Source of the DNA: the human T2T-CHM13v2.0 reference genome, Homo sapiens
Strand: one strand, 5' to 3'
NCBI RefSeq assembly: GCF_009914755.1
Contig: NC_060944.1
Length of the DNA: 64,000 nucleotides
Shown here: piece by piece, positions 1 to 13,300 of the stretch
How the letters are laid out: the number at the start of each line of letters is the position of its first letter
How positions within the stretch are numbered: position 1 is the stretch's first letter
Position numbers and translations under genes: made by a program
Notes under the pieces: model-generated
The model's input: only the letters and a program-made list of their open reading frames with translations
Told to the model about the DNA's origin: nothing
The model's database searches: none

Positions 1-1117
1 TTTTTCCTCCTGACGTGCAATGTTGGCAGTGAATTCAAAGGTGGCTTGGAGCTTTTGCAGCTGGTTTGCATTGGCCTGGTACTGTGCAAGCTGTTCTTCT
101 TTTTCTTCCATTTCCTTTTCTACTTGATAAAGAGTGTTGTCTAAGCTGAGAGGGCCTCTGTCAAGAATTTCAAATGCTCTCTGCTTTTCTTCCAACAGAG
201 TTGGCAAGTGATTCTGCAGGAGGTACTGTAGCTGGCGTTCTTTATATTGCAGCCTGTACTCCACTGGCTTTATTTTCTCGAAATCTTGAGGCACTTCCGT
301 GACATCTGTGACACTCTCATCATGTTTTTCCAACAATCTAGATTCTTTGTCATGTTCACATTTTAAACACTCTAGGATCTCCTGTTCTTCTTGGACTTCT
401 TTTTTCAGGATGTCTTTCTGCTGAACCAGGTCCTTCTCCAAGTTCACTAGCTTGACAAGCTGCCTTCTCTTGAATTCGAAGAAACGCAGTTGAGCCTTTT
501 CTAACTCCTCGCCATCTTCATCCCCTCCGGCACGAGCCTCCTTCACCCGCAGGAGGGATTCCCGAATGCCTTCCAGGTCCCTCTTCTCCTCTTCCACCCA
601 CTGTACCTCCCCACGCCGCAGGAGCTGGATCATCTCCTGCTTCTCTCGGAGCTGCTCTTCCAGATGGGCCACGAGCATGACCTGCTCCTTCTCCTGCTCC
701 TCTAGTCTCTTTTTTTCCAGTTCAAGCTTGGCATACTGTTCATCTTTTTCCTTTTGGAGCTGGTCCAGTTCTTGAAATATCTGAAACTTCTCAGCCTTCT
801 CGTTGTTGTTGAGTTCTTTGAGTCGTTGGAGTTCTTCTTGGACGCGGAGAAAGGTCTCTTCTTCTTGTCTCTTCTTCTGCAGCTCGATTTCCTGCTGTTC
901 CCTCAGCCTCTCCTCTTCAAATTTTTCCTTCTCCGCAAGTAAATCCTTTAGCTTGTTCTCGATGTGGAAGCTGCGGCGTTTGAGGCTCTCCTCCTGCTTG
1001 CGAATCTGGAGCTGCACGATTTCTGTCTCCTTGCGCTGGGTCTCCACCTCCTGCTGCATCCGCTCCAGTTCAGCCTTGTCTGATTTCTGCTTTTCCTCCA
1101 TTTCTTCTATGAGTTTC
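1..1117 (-). CDS. KIF16B: KIF16B long coiled-coil stalk exon (partial, continues past window start)
   Basis: Acceptor ttgcatttcag ends at 1118. After 1 nt completing an Arg codon, the frame is open for 372 codons to base 1: KLIEEMEEKQKSDKAELERMQQEVETQRKETEIVQLQIRKQEESLKRRSFHIENKLKDLL...ATFEFTANIARQEEK. This E/K/Q-rich coiled coil is recognised as KIF16B. It is absent from the ORF track because it has no stop inside the window. Confidence 0.97.
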
Positions 1118-2642
1118 CTGAAATGCAAAGCACTGACTGGTTGTTATCTGGTCATTGTTCAAATGTTGCTCTAACTTTACTGAAATGTTCTGAAAATGCA
1201 CATACAACCAGGTCAAAGCCTCCATTAAAATAAAAAAAAGAAGAGTAACTGCTTTCCTTTAAATTTCCAGCAGCATCCTGTTTAATTTTTTTTATTTTTT
1301 AACTGTCCAACATATCACCTGCCTATTCTCCTGAAGTGGCTTCTGATATCATTTCTTTGTAGAGCATATAATCATAATGTGTTATGCATGATATAATTTT
1401 AAAAGGCCCCTGAGCTCAAAGAGAAAGAACCATGCCCAATTTAAATTAAATGTGAATAACTTTATTCAGCCCAATGACTAAAACTCAACAGAAGTTGTTA
1501 CAAGACAACATTAAATAAAAATGCTTATGCTGTCCTCATCTCATTGGGGTCAAATATCAAAGTCATGATAATCGACAGTTCATTGTTCCAGCTAAAAAAT
1601 ACATACTATTTAGCATTTAATCACTAGTTTGGGACAAATGGTGATCACCAAATGGTCCAAAATGTTAGTTTATTAGTGCATAACACTGAAAACAACTGGA
1701 GCCTCCATTGGAATATACAAAATGCATAATTTTGCAGGCTGGTGGGGAGGTGACATGTTGTGTTTTCTGTTGGAGAACAAATGATCTCCACTGGGTACTG
1801 TACTGAAGTTTAGGGTTGGGATGGCCTCCAGAGGAAGAACACAGAGTTAGAGCAGGAATACTGGGCTTCCACCTCCTGACCCACCAAACGTCTATCTTGG
1901 ATGATGCTGGAAACTAAGCCAGTTTATTTGTGACATTTAAACTCCAGGTCCTACTAAATAAACATTTACTTTGCAGATTTTCTATAGCCTTAGTTTTTAC
2001 TCTAACTCTCATCTTTGGTCTACGTCTTGGCTGGTTAAATAGGACAGGAAAAACAGAAAAGGAGAAAATACAGTTTTATCAGGTAAAGAATTATTTCAGA
2101 ACATATAAAGAACTGCCCAAATCAATTAAACAGCCATTTCTCCCTCCACCCTGCCCCCCCATACACAAAAGAAAAGTGAGCAAAGAATAAGAAAAGCAAA
2201 TTATACATGGGGAAATACAAATGGCCAAACAATATCAGGAAAGATGTTTTAAAAGCAGGCAGGTAGAAGGAAGGCAAATTGTCATTCTTCAGGCTTTTTA
2301 AAAACTCAGGGGATATTATTAAGAGAAGATCTACTTTTGATTAAATTTAAATGAATACATTTGTATTAAATTTAATTGGTGTGTTAAATTTGCCTACTGA
2401 CTCTATTTCCCATTTCTCATAAATATTTGAAGATGAACGTTTAAAAAAATTTAAACTTGAAGAAAAACCATCTACTCCAAAAAAAAAAAAAAAGACCTGC
2501 AGTCATTAGACATGTAAATAACAGATAACAGACACAGAGCAAGGGGGAAGTATTGAAGCAGACACAGAAGGAATCAGTCCAGGATATTAACACAGGAATC
2601 CAGACTACAGGAGTGTTGAAACTTGAACCCCATGTGACTTAC

Positions 2643-2696
2643 CTTTTACTTTCTAATTTTTCAAGTTCTTCACGCTGTTGCCTCTCAAATTCAAGT
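2643..2696 (-). CDS. KIF16B: KIF16B exon, 54 nt, (G)LEFERQQREELEKLESK(R)
   Basis: ttttattag acceptor and AG|gtaagt donor. Phase 2/2 joins 25837 to 1117 in frame. Confidence 0.96.
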
Positions 2697-3046
2697 CTAA
2701 TAAAATCAAATGAAAATGAGTCACTTTTCTAAAGAGCTTTTCTATCTCTCTCTCACTCTCTGTATACAGAGTCACATATTAAAAAGGGCATCAGTTTTTC
2801 AAGTATTACTTTTAATTACCACGGGTTAGCAAGTTTAAAATGCATTCTTTGCTTTAGGACTATGATTAGGAATTAGACATACTTTTGGGTACTTGAACTC
2901 AGGCTGAAAAGAACAGATTTTACTTGAAGGAAAACAAAACAAAAACTGTATTGAAAAAGCAGAGTTAAACAAGACTTCTAAATGATAAGCACGTCTACTC
3001 CATGCAGCTTAGCACTGATGAGTATATAAAAATGGAGAATCTCTAC

Positions 3047-3079
3047 CTTAGACAGATGGGTCCTTTTATAGGGAAAAGA
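3047..3079 (-). CDS. KIF16B: Candidate alternative 33-nt KIF16B microexon, (G)LFPIKGPICL(R)
   Basis: Minus strand reads (ct)n-rich tract...ccacctccctggcag|TCTTTTCCCTATAAAAGGACCCATCTGTCTAAG|gtagag. Length is a multiple of 3, phase 2/2, no stop codon. TGCATG lies 41-46 nt downstream. Confidence 0.75.
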
Positions 3080-3087
3080 CTGCCAGG

Positions 3088-3120
3088 GAGGTGGAGAGAG
3101 AGAGAGAAAGAGAGAGAGAG
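3088..3120. repeat. (GA)n tract; (CU)n polypyrimidine tract of the candidate microexon
   Basis: gagagagagagagaaagagagagagag lies just upstream (on the minus strand) of the acceptor at 3080-3081. Confidence 0.85.
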
Positions 3121-3954
3121 CACAGACATCAATTAAGGAAAGCATTTAATAGGAAGGAATATCAGGAGAAAAGCAGTAAGGTACTTAAAAGGCAATAGCC
3201 ATGCATGAATTGAAACATCTTTTTATAAATATCACATTTCCCAATAATTTCATGAAACAAACACTCCAAAAAGTTAGCTCTGTTATGTTTTACACTTCTC
3301 ACACTTCTCTACACTTCTCATCATAATCATAGAAAATAACTGAGTACCAATAATAAATATAAACAGTAGTCAAACTAGCACCTTTACTACTTTATAGATA
3401 GTTATACTGCATGTAGGTTCATCAAGTTCCTGCTGTAATTAATGGTTATACAGTATAGGAGTTATGGGGGTTGTGAGATTGTGAACAGATTCATAGTGGT
3501 GGTACAATAAAGTGATTTAGGTCATTGGGAATTTTAAAACAACTCACTAAAATAATAACACAAGCTGATTTCTTATCAAATACTATATTTAATTATCGCA
3601 AAGTTTCACTATTCTTATTAAGCAGCAGAAACTGTATTTCTTTTTAATTTTTTTTCAGGGTTGGGATCGGAGTTGGGTCAGACACTGCCAGCTACCTCCC
3701 CCCACCCCACCACCCTTGAACTATATAATTCTTAAGCTTATACATTTTTCTGTTGCGGTAGAGGGCAGATACAGCTAAAAAGCTTGGCTACAGAAAAGTC
3801 ACCATAAATCTTCTTCCTCGAATAATGTGCAAAATCCTGATTGGAAACAATTACTTAGTCATGAGTGAACAAACTTCAAATAGTTCTCTTTCCAATTTAA
3901 TAATGTGGAGTAATATTGAGAATAAGATGTCTGGTGGATTTCGTTTTGGTATTG

Positions 3955-4090
3955 TTTTTTGAGTCAGGGTCTTGCTTTGACTTCCAGGTTGGAGTGCAGT
4001 GGTGTGATCATGGCTCGTTGCAGCCTTGACCTCCTAGGCTCAAGCAATCCTCCTCTCTGTTTCCTGAGCAGCTGGGACCACAGTATGGTG
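3955..4090 (-). mobile_element. Partial old Alu (AluJ-type right arm)
   Basis: T-run, then gagtcagggtcttgct...ggagtgcagtggtgtgatcatggctc...ctcaagcaatcctcc. Confidence 0.85.
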
Positions 4091-4104
4091 GCTTTTTTAG
4101 GCAG

Positions 4105-4330
4105 AACTGAGTATCTCTTACATGGCAGGTGCTGTGTGGCATGATTTACACATAACCTCCCTCTGTCCACCCAGCAAATTCTAAAGGTGGCAAACAGTAT
4201 CTCCATTTTACACACAAGGAATCCAAAAGTTTGGATATGTTGAACACCTTCTCCAAGGTCACAGTGGTAATAGGTGGTGGAGCCAGGATGTGAACTCATG
4301 GCAGTCTGCTTCCAAAATACCGTCTATTAA
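4105..4330. mobile_element. MIR fragment
   Basis: MIR core-like ccattttacacacaaggaatcc...ccaaggtcacagtggtaataggtggtggagccaggatgtgaactc. Boundaries approximate. Confidence 0.7.
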
Positions 4331-5094
4331 CTCAGTTTATGAGCAATGTTCAAATTTGTGATATTAAAGTATTAAATATTTCATTGAAACCTGTTAGATA
4401 GCAATATATTTATTCTACTGACAAATGGAAATAATCTGTACCTTATGCATGAGAAATCAGCCATATAAATCTAAATGAAAAGCATTTGCCAGTCATGAAG
4501 GCCAGCCCATATGCAATTGCATTAAGTAGTCCTAGGACTTCATTAAAATTAAAATATGATCATTTCTTTTTATTTAAGAATAAACAGAACCTTAGGAAGG
4601 ATTCCAAGTTGGTATCTTCATACTTCAGTAGAGTTTAGTCTTTCTAGAGATATTTACATAGTCAAAAAGAATCATTGGATAAAATACTTTTTAAAATCTG
4701 AGAATTTCCCTAATGGAATGATCTGTACTCTTCATTTTTATTTTCTGTGAACAAGAGCTCAGTGTGCCCATCAGTAGAGCTGGCTTTGACAGTGTCACGT
4801 GTGCACAGCCACAAATGCTACACTGAGCACTGGGCATTCGGATGGAAACCTACCATCTGAGGATTGTTTCTAGAAACAGGTTTTGTGTTTGACAGTCGGC
4901 ATGCCCTCCGTCACTTGTTCTTCCAGCCTTAGAAAGCATATTTCTTATCCCTTTTGACAAAGCAGGAAACTGAGGCTTAGAGTACATAAGCAGCAGAGGC
5001 AGGACTTGAATTCAAGTTTGGTAATAAAATCTCTGCTGCCAACCACTACAACTGTTGCTACTAGTGAGCTGCAAGGTCTCAAGGAGGTAATCAG

Positions 5095-6205
<1,111 letters not shown>

Positions 6206-6959
6206 ATGTATTATCCTGGTGAGAGGATAAAGAAGTGAAGCTCTCTCCTGACACTCAGCAGGTTGAACTGACAAAACTTGGCAACTGGTGGCATTTTGGT
6301 AGGGGTGGTAAAGAGAAAGAAAAAGTCAAAGATGACCCTCGGGTTTCTGTCCAAGTCCTATAGGGGGGCAGGAAGGCAGAACATAACTACAAAGAGACTG
6401 AGCCCAGAGATCAGCAGGTCTGAATACAAATTCTAGTGTTCTGAGACCATGAACAAGTTATTTAACCTTGGATGCTTCATTGCTGTAAAGGCTGAAGAAT
6501 GTAACAGGCCCCACCTCAAAGGGCTGTAGCCAGGATCAAGTGAGACACGACAAGTAAGATGCCTGCCTGGCACCTGGACACATCGAGGGCTGAGTGTTGC
6601 CTCGCATTGCTGTGGTTCACTGAGATGAGAAGAGCAGTGGGGAAGGAGGGGCCTGGGGAGTGGCAGCTGTAGCAGTGCTGGTGCTCAAGGTGGGAGAGGC
6701 CAGGGCAGTGGTTGACACTCACCAAAGCTAACAACCACGGGGGACTCACTCCATACCTGGCACTGTTCTAGGTACTGTGAATTTAATTCTCACAATGACC
6801 CTGTGAGGTCACTGTTCCCATTTCACACATGAGAAATGGCAATGTTACTAGTAACTGGAAGAATCAGGTTTGATTCTAGAGCCCACAATTTTAATCTCTT
6901 CTCTGTCCTGCTTTCAAGGTAAGCTCAGTTTTACACTTATAGAATCCAATGTTTACAAA

Positions 6960-7510
6960 GGGTCATCCAACTGAGACGTCCAGCAGGCAGCACGAAACAT
7001 TCAACGAGCTGGTATGCAGGCCCTTATCAAGGCTGAAGGTATGGACTTGGCCTTCACTGGCATGTTGACAAGAACTGAAGCCCCAAGAGTGGGTGAGGTT
7101 ACCCAGGACACACGTGTAGAAGGAGAATAAAGGAGCTTGCTGCAAAGTCAGAAAGATTACAGACTTCACAGTGACGGGCAGAGATAAATGGCCCTCTAAT
7201 GAGGCTGGGAGTGAGCAGTTAGAGACTCAGAGAAAAATCTGGAAAGGGCAGAGGGAAGAGGGTATCTAAAGAAAGAGAAAGAGATCAGTAGCATGGAATA
7301 ACCCAGGAATGCCAAGTAAAATGCAGAGCCCAAGGAGCACCCAATGACCTTCATGACGTGGAGGTTCATCTTGGAGAGACCTTTGCTGGGCTGGGGCTGG
7401 GGCTGGACTGCAGAGGTCTGATGAGTGAGTGAGAGGAACCTGGAGATGGTGAATGTAAATACAGTAGAGCGCTTTCTTGGTAGGTTTAGTTGTAAAGGGG
7501 AGGTGGTGGT
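6960..7510 (-). mobile_element. Degenerate L2 fragment
   Basis: Purine-rich L2-like wording such as gagacgtccagcaggcag and gtgagtgagaggaacctggagatggtgaatgtaaatac. Boundaries approximate. Confidence 0.55.
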
Positions 7511-7684
7511 TTTGGGAGAATGGGTGCTCATTTTAACAGATGAAATAGACTTGTGCCTATTTAAATCCTTGTATCAACAAGCAGGAGACAGAGAGATTGA
7601 GTGAAAAAATGGGAAGAGGCTGGGAATATCTGATAGACAGAGAGGTCTCTGAGCGGGCAGGAAAGGAAAGGGTAGCGCCATAGC

Positions 7685-7885
7685 TGAGAGCAAGGGTTCA
7701 GGCATGGGTGCAGCCCAGACCAAATTCTGGCTCCTATATGACCAAGGGACAATCTCTCAACCTTCCTACACCTCAATTACCTCATCTGAACACAGGCTCA
7801 AAAATAATCCTAGTCCTCAGTGGGTGAGAGGATCCAATGAGGGTACTCACAACCACTGTTAACTTAGTTAATAAATACTAGCTAT
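7685..7885. mobile_element. MIR fragment
   Basis: aaattctggctcc...tgaccaagggacaatctctcaaccttcctacacctcaattacctcatctg resembles the MIR core. Confidence 0.6.
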
Positions 7886-10142
7886 TAATCCTATAGCATC
7901 CATAGTACAGGTAGGGGCAGTTAGTCTGAGAAAGGCAAAAGGGGAGTTTTTTCATTGGGACAGGAAGAAGAAGAAAAGGATGAATGCAAAGCAGACATGG
8001 GATTCAAAGGTGTTGCTCTCTTAGGACTCCTGTGTTCTATATGGAGTCAGGAACAAGCTCCTCTGCCTAATGACTCCTCTTCATAAGAGTGAGGAGAAAT
8101 AATAGCAGGGTTAGAAGTAAAAGAGTCAGGAACATTATTTGTAATAATGAAGGGGCCGGTGGGCAAGAGAACTGATGGAGGAAATGAGCAGAAAGGGCTG
8201 GCTGGGCATCATTCAAGCTTAGAGACTATTAATTTACAGGGGCACTGATCTCTGTGTTGATGTGGTTTTCTCGGTTGCACTGAGCTTAGATGTCTAGGTA
8301 TAGGCTTAGGGTGGGGAGATAGCTCAATGGTTCTAGAATCAATGAGACTCACATAAGTGGAAGAACAGAAGGATCATCTGATGATCTGGGAAGTGGATGG
8401 CTCAAGTGCTGGAGATGAGGGACTTAATTGGATAGGGAAGTAAGTGGCGACAAGACAAGGCTTACAGGAAAAGAAATCAAAGAAAGTCTCCATGCTGAAG
8501 AAGGGAGTGCTATTTAAGTAACTAGATTGCAAGATGAGTTAGTTTCAAAGAATCACTGAAGATAACATCACGACTTAGAATGATGAAAGGCTTAGAAGGA
8601 AATGTCTGGAAGGGGAGGAGAAGGCAACTGTACGGACAGGCAAAGAGTGCGAAAGGCAAAAAGTGGGACAGGCAGCGGTCCCAAGTGAGGCTCATAAGTG
8701 CTCCAGCAGGCAGAGGAAGGGTGGTCTGGAGCAGCTTGGAGGAGGATCTAAGAGTCTCTGGATTGGTGAAATCATAGGTCCTCCTCAGGCGAAGCCTTCA
8801 CTTTAGAGTGTCTGATTGGGATGGAGAAGGGGAAGTACGTGTATTAAGGGAAGTTGTCAAGATCAGGCGCTTGAGGCTGTTGCTCTGGCCTCTGAAGGTA
8901 GTACTGTAAAGTACTGAGTCAGAAATCAGAGAGAGATTCTCATTTTAATTCTTAATGAAGACTTGTGATTTTCTTTCTGTGACCAGTCTCTAAATAGGTA
9001 GAAACTTTGGTTGTTTTCTACTGAAAGCAAAATGCCTTTAGTAAATAATGATACCTGTTTCCTCAAAAATAAGAGTAACATTTAAAAGACAAACAAAAAA
9101 TGCCGTAAAGATGTTTGGTCTTAAATCACAAACAGTATGAGGGGAGAGTCATTCCAAAGTTAGAGAGATTTTTAGATATGCAGTGATATGAGTTGCTGCT
9201 CACACTGGATCATTTCTGTTAAATATTACATATTTACTAATCATACTCCAAAATGCACCTATTTCCATAATCAATGATAATTATTTGGGATAGTAAAACT
9301 CAGTAGATTGTAAAATATAAATGTGAGTGTGTCATTATCAAGGAGAGAACATCAAGAATAATTGTATTTGAAGGTGGCTTTATTTTAAATATGTGTAATT
9401 CATTATCTTACTTTACTGGAATTATCATGGCCCCCCATTCTAATTTCCCAAATGTTATAATTAAAAGGAAACCACAAAGAATGTAATTTTTGCAGGTGTT
9501 TTTAACATTTTTAAATGACACTTGGAAGTATACTTACTGTGTTAAGTCCAACAAAAAAAGCATAGCATACAACCTATTTTTTTTTTTAAATCAGAGATAG
9601 CCTTTTCTTTTACATTAAAAGAGATCTACCATTTTTAGGTATAACTGCACATACTTCAATTAATCTTCCTGTTATCATCGGCAATAAAAAAATGAGGGGG
9701 TGGGAATTTCTCAGCTTATACCATAAAGAAGGAGGGAGGGAGAAAGAAGGGAGGAGAGAGAAGTGAGGAAGATTTAAATGAACTGAAAGCATAAATACCT
9801 GCATCCTTGTGTGTCTTCATGGTGATTCGTGTTGTACCTATGATGTCGTTTCAGTTTCTAAACAGAGTATGACTGCCCAGGTCCAGTCAATGCTTGAGCA
9901 GGCAGCTGCAGTGCGGGTAGATAGGGAGGGTAACGGAAGCTGAGTCCAGCCCACAACATGCACGGAAGGGAGACCCCCTGGCAACAGAGGCGGTCTCCCT
10001 ATGGGACAGTCATATTGGTAAAGTTCCTGGCATGGATATTACTCTATTATCTCAGTGGGCACATGATCAGACAAGGAAAAACTTCTTGGTCAATGCGTAG
10101 GCCTGGCTTTTTCCTAGGTGACTTTTAGGCTACTGTCAAATA

Positions 10143-10313
10143 TAGGGATTACTTCATGGGCATGTGACCCATGCAGCTGCACAGGGCCCTGTGCTCAGAC
10201 AGGTCCCATATTTGATTCTCTGCTGTGGCCATCTTGAAATTCTTAATGATATTAGAACAAGAGGCCCAACTTTCAATATGTACTGAACTCTGCAAATTAT
10301 GCAGCTAGTTCTG
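10143..10313. mobile_element. MER91-like hAT DNA transposon fossil
   Basis: ttcatgggcatgtgacccatgcagctgcacagggccctgtgctcaga...gccatcttgaaattcttaat matches the recalled MER91A consensus. Confidence 0.7.
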
Positions 10314-13300
10314 ATCAAGCATATGTCATCTTTGAAAGAACTCCTGGCCTTTTGCCTGGAATGCTCGGTAGTATTCCTCAGTCCAGAGAACCAGAAAAGG
10401 ACTAGAACTCAATGGACGGTGTTTCACCTTTCCCTGATGCTTCACTAGGGTTTAGTTCCGACTACAGAGGGTTCTTCAATGGTTTAGACAAAAAATGATT
10501 GACCTTTTCACCACACTACCATCCCCTAGGAAACTTCAGCCTTCTCAAGCACCTCACAACTGAGCAAATCCCATGGAGACTAGGGGATCTTAAAGACTAA
10601 AGAGAATGTTTGAATTTGGGTGAAGGGGTTTGTGCTTGTCCTATCCAATCTTCTTCCTAGCCTTGTGAACCTAACATTCTAGATGTTCCTTGAAGGCTAA
10701 GCAGAAAGCAGTTATTTCACCCAGGGTAGGCTCTGGGAGACTGATGAAAAGAAGAACCCAGCCATCCATCAGGTTTCCAGCTCTTCATGGAAAGGCCTTG
10801 AAGTCTTTCCTGTGTGAATTAGCTCTCAGGTAAACTTTCATTAGAAAGGTAGGAATAGCTGTTTTGTAGAGACAATTAGAATTTCTACACTACTCACTCC
10901 CACTCACCCTTTTTTCAAATCATTGTCAGGGTATCCCACAGTAGGCGGACTTACATAAAATTACAATTCGAGGGGTGTGTATCAAGATGGGGGTGGGATA
11001 CAAGAAGTCTCACAATGCAATTTATTCTAGAAGGTTGTGAAATTAAACCCTCTTAAGTAAACGTCAGAGTTTATAACTTAAAAATTCAAAACACTCTGGG
11101 AATGGTTTTCTAATAAATTTCCAAATTGCTGGTCTAGAAGGTACTCACTAAAGACTTTCCAAGGAGCCAGTCTTAAGCCTTTTGCATTGCAAATGGAAAG
11201 TGCCCTAAGAAAAAAGGATTGGTTTTTTAAAAAATAATAAAATTTGATATCATAAGCATTTTCACTAAGTTTCTCCCCGGCCTATTTCTCATAGCAATGG
11301 TATAACTTGCTCTGAAAATGACAGCTAGGACCATAGATGTGAAACCCAGAGGCTTTCCTAATCAAGCCAGAGGATCACAGGCAGTCTGACTGGATAGACA
11401 CTTGAAATAGATCATACAATGAACTCGTACACACCCCACCTCCCCTGCCCCTCCATCCTATTTTACAGGCCAGAAGAATGAGGCCCATAGAGTGTGAGAG
11501 AGAGGGCCCAGGTGAACTCCTTTTAAGAGTCTGGACTCAAGCCCACCTCTTCCAACTCCTCATCCATTCTTCTACCCAGGCTGGAATTCTATCTCACCTT
11601 CTCAACCAAACCATGGTACTTTTTATACCAGAAGGAGCCTCTCAAAAGTTAAAAATGATCCATCATTACAAAATATACCTCTTCCCATTGGACAAACCAG
11701 AAGAATGCACCACATAATTTTCCTCCCACTTCCTTCAGCCATGCATTCTACATATACAACAAAACTTGTCCTGGCACCTGCTGTGAACAGGCAGGACTCT
11801 GAGTAGAATAAAGAATGGACAGCGTGCCTTTGGATACTCTTAAGTGAGTGAAACAGAGTGAAAGAAAACATGCTCATATATCGATCACACAGAATGTAAG
11901 GAGCCCAGTGGGAAAGGGCATGTTTTCAACAGGAGACGGGGTGGAGGGACAGCATTTATAGGGATGAGAGGAAGCCTTGCAGAGGAGGTGTTGTCTGAGC
12001 TTGGCCTTGAAAAACGGATAGAATTGTGATGAGCATAGTGTGGGTGGGGGAAGATCCAGTGGAAGAAAAACAGAAGGAAGACAAATGAGAGGTACACAGA
12101 GGAAGCTATACAGAGCCTCAGCTGGCTACTGCTCTGATTAAATAAAGGGAAGTGATGAGAAATAACAGGGAAGTTAGACTGTGAGCAGAATATTAAAGGT
12201 CCAGATGACACACTCTCGAGGGCACCTTCCTGGGCAAGCTTCTCTTCTGCCTCCCCTGCCCATGAGTCCTCTATCACAGCACGGGGCAGGACATTCAGGA
12301 ACTGGTGGTTCACTCGCCCATAATTCACCTGGTCAACATGCCAGGCACTATCCTAGGCACTGTGGTCTCAGCAAAAGAAATCAAGTCTCTTCCCTCATAA
12401 ACCTCTATACCAGTGTGGGGTTGAGCTAACTAATACATAATGCGTATGCCGTGAGATAAGTACTATGAAAAAGCATAAAGCTGGGGAAGAGGAAGGACTG
12501 AGAAGAGGACATTCAGGACAGAGCTGCATGAAGGAAGGGAGTGGCCATGAAGATGCATCTGGTGCCAACATGAGGGATGAGCCAGGCCACAGGCCAGGAG
12601 GGGATGTGTGCAGGACAATGGAAGTACAGAAGGACCACATGGTGCCAGCAGGAGAAGAAACCAAGGGAGGGTGGCCACAAGAGAAGAATCATGGCCCAAG
12701 AGGGAGCTAGGGTGGACACCACTCAGGGCCTTTCAGGTCACAGAGGGCAGAGGTTGTCTCCCCCTCCACTGGGGTTTTCAGAGGACAGAGATCCCCACCT
12801 GGCTGACCATGTATCCTGAGGGCTTTCTGTAAGGCACAGAGTAGGTTTCAACCGGTGATTTCTATGGGTAGTGTTTTGAAGACAGTGGCATGAGCTTCAC
12901 AGCCAGAAACACAATGACAAGGAGTTACAGACCACCTGAGTGAGGAGATGGTGTCAACCGATGTCCATCTCTTTGCCGTAAGAAATAACTTTTAATACCC
13001 TGCATGCTCTCATGTTTACAATAATTCACTGCAAAAAATTTAGAAAGCACAGGTAAGTGTCCTACACCATGACTCCTTTATTTTGTTCCCAGCCCTCAGC
13101 CTTTCCGGCCATACAGATGCACTCACAGAGAAGAGCCTACCAGAGAGTCTATTATTTAATCATTTCCTCATAATATACACCTTGGACAAATCAGCAAATC
13201 ATTAACTATTATTCTACAACATAGTTTAATATCATGGGATTCTATAACATAGATGCACCATGATTTATGTACACAATTTTATATTGTTGGAAATGTACAT

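Noticed and set aside
566-1174. Three + strand ORFs rich in Ser/Leu/Phe
   Set aside because: They are antisense shadows of the E/K/Q-rich KIF16B exon.
9799-9857. Minus-strand AG...GT segment (59 nt) with an ACCATGA Kozak-like ATG
   Set aside because: Short pyrimidine tract, not a multiple of 3, immediate TGA in the KIF16B frame, and the ATG is out of frame with the next exon. At best an unsupported poison exon.
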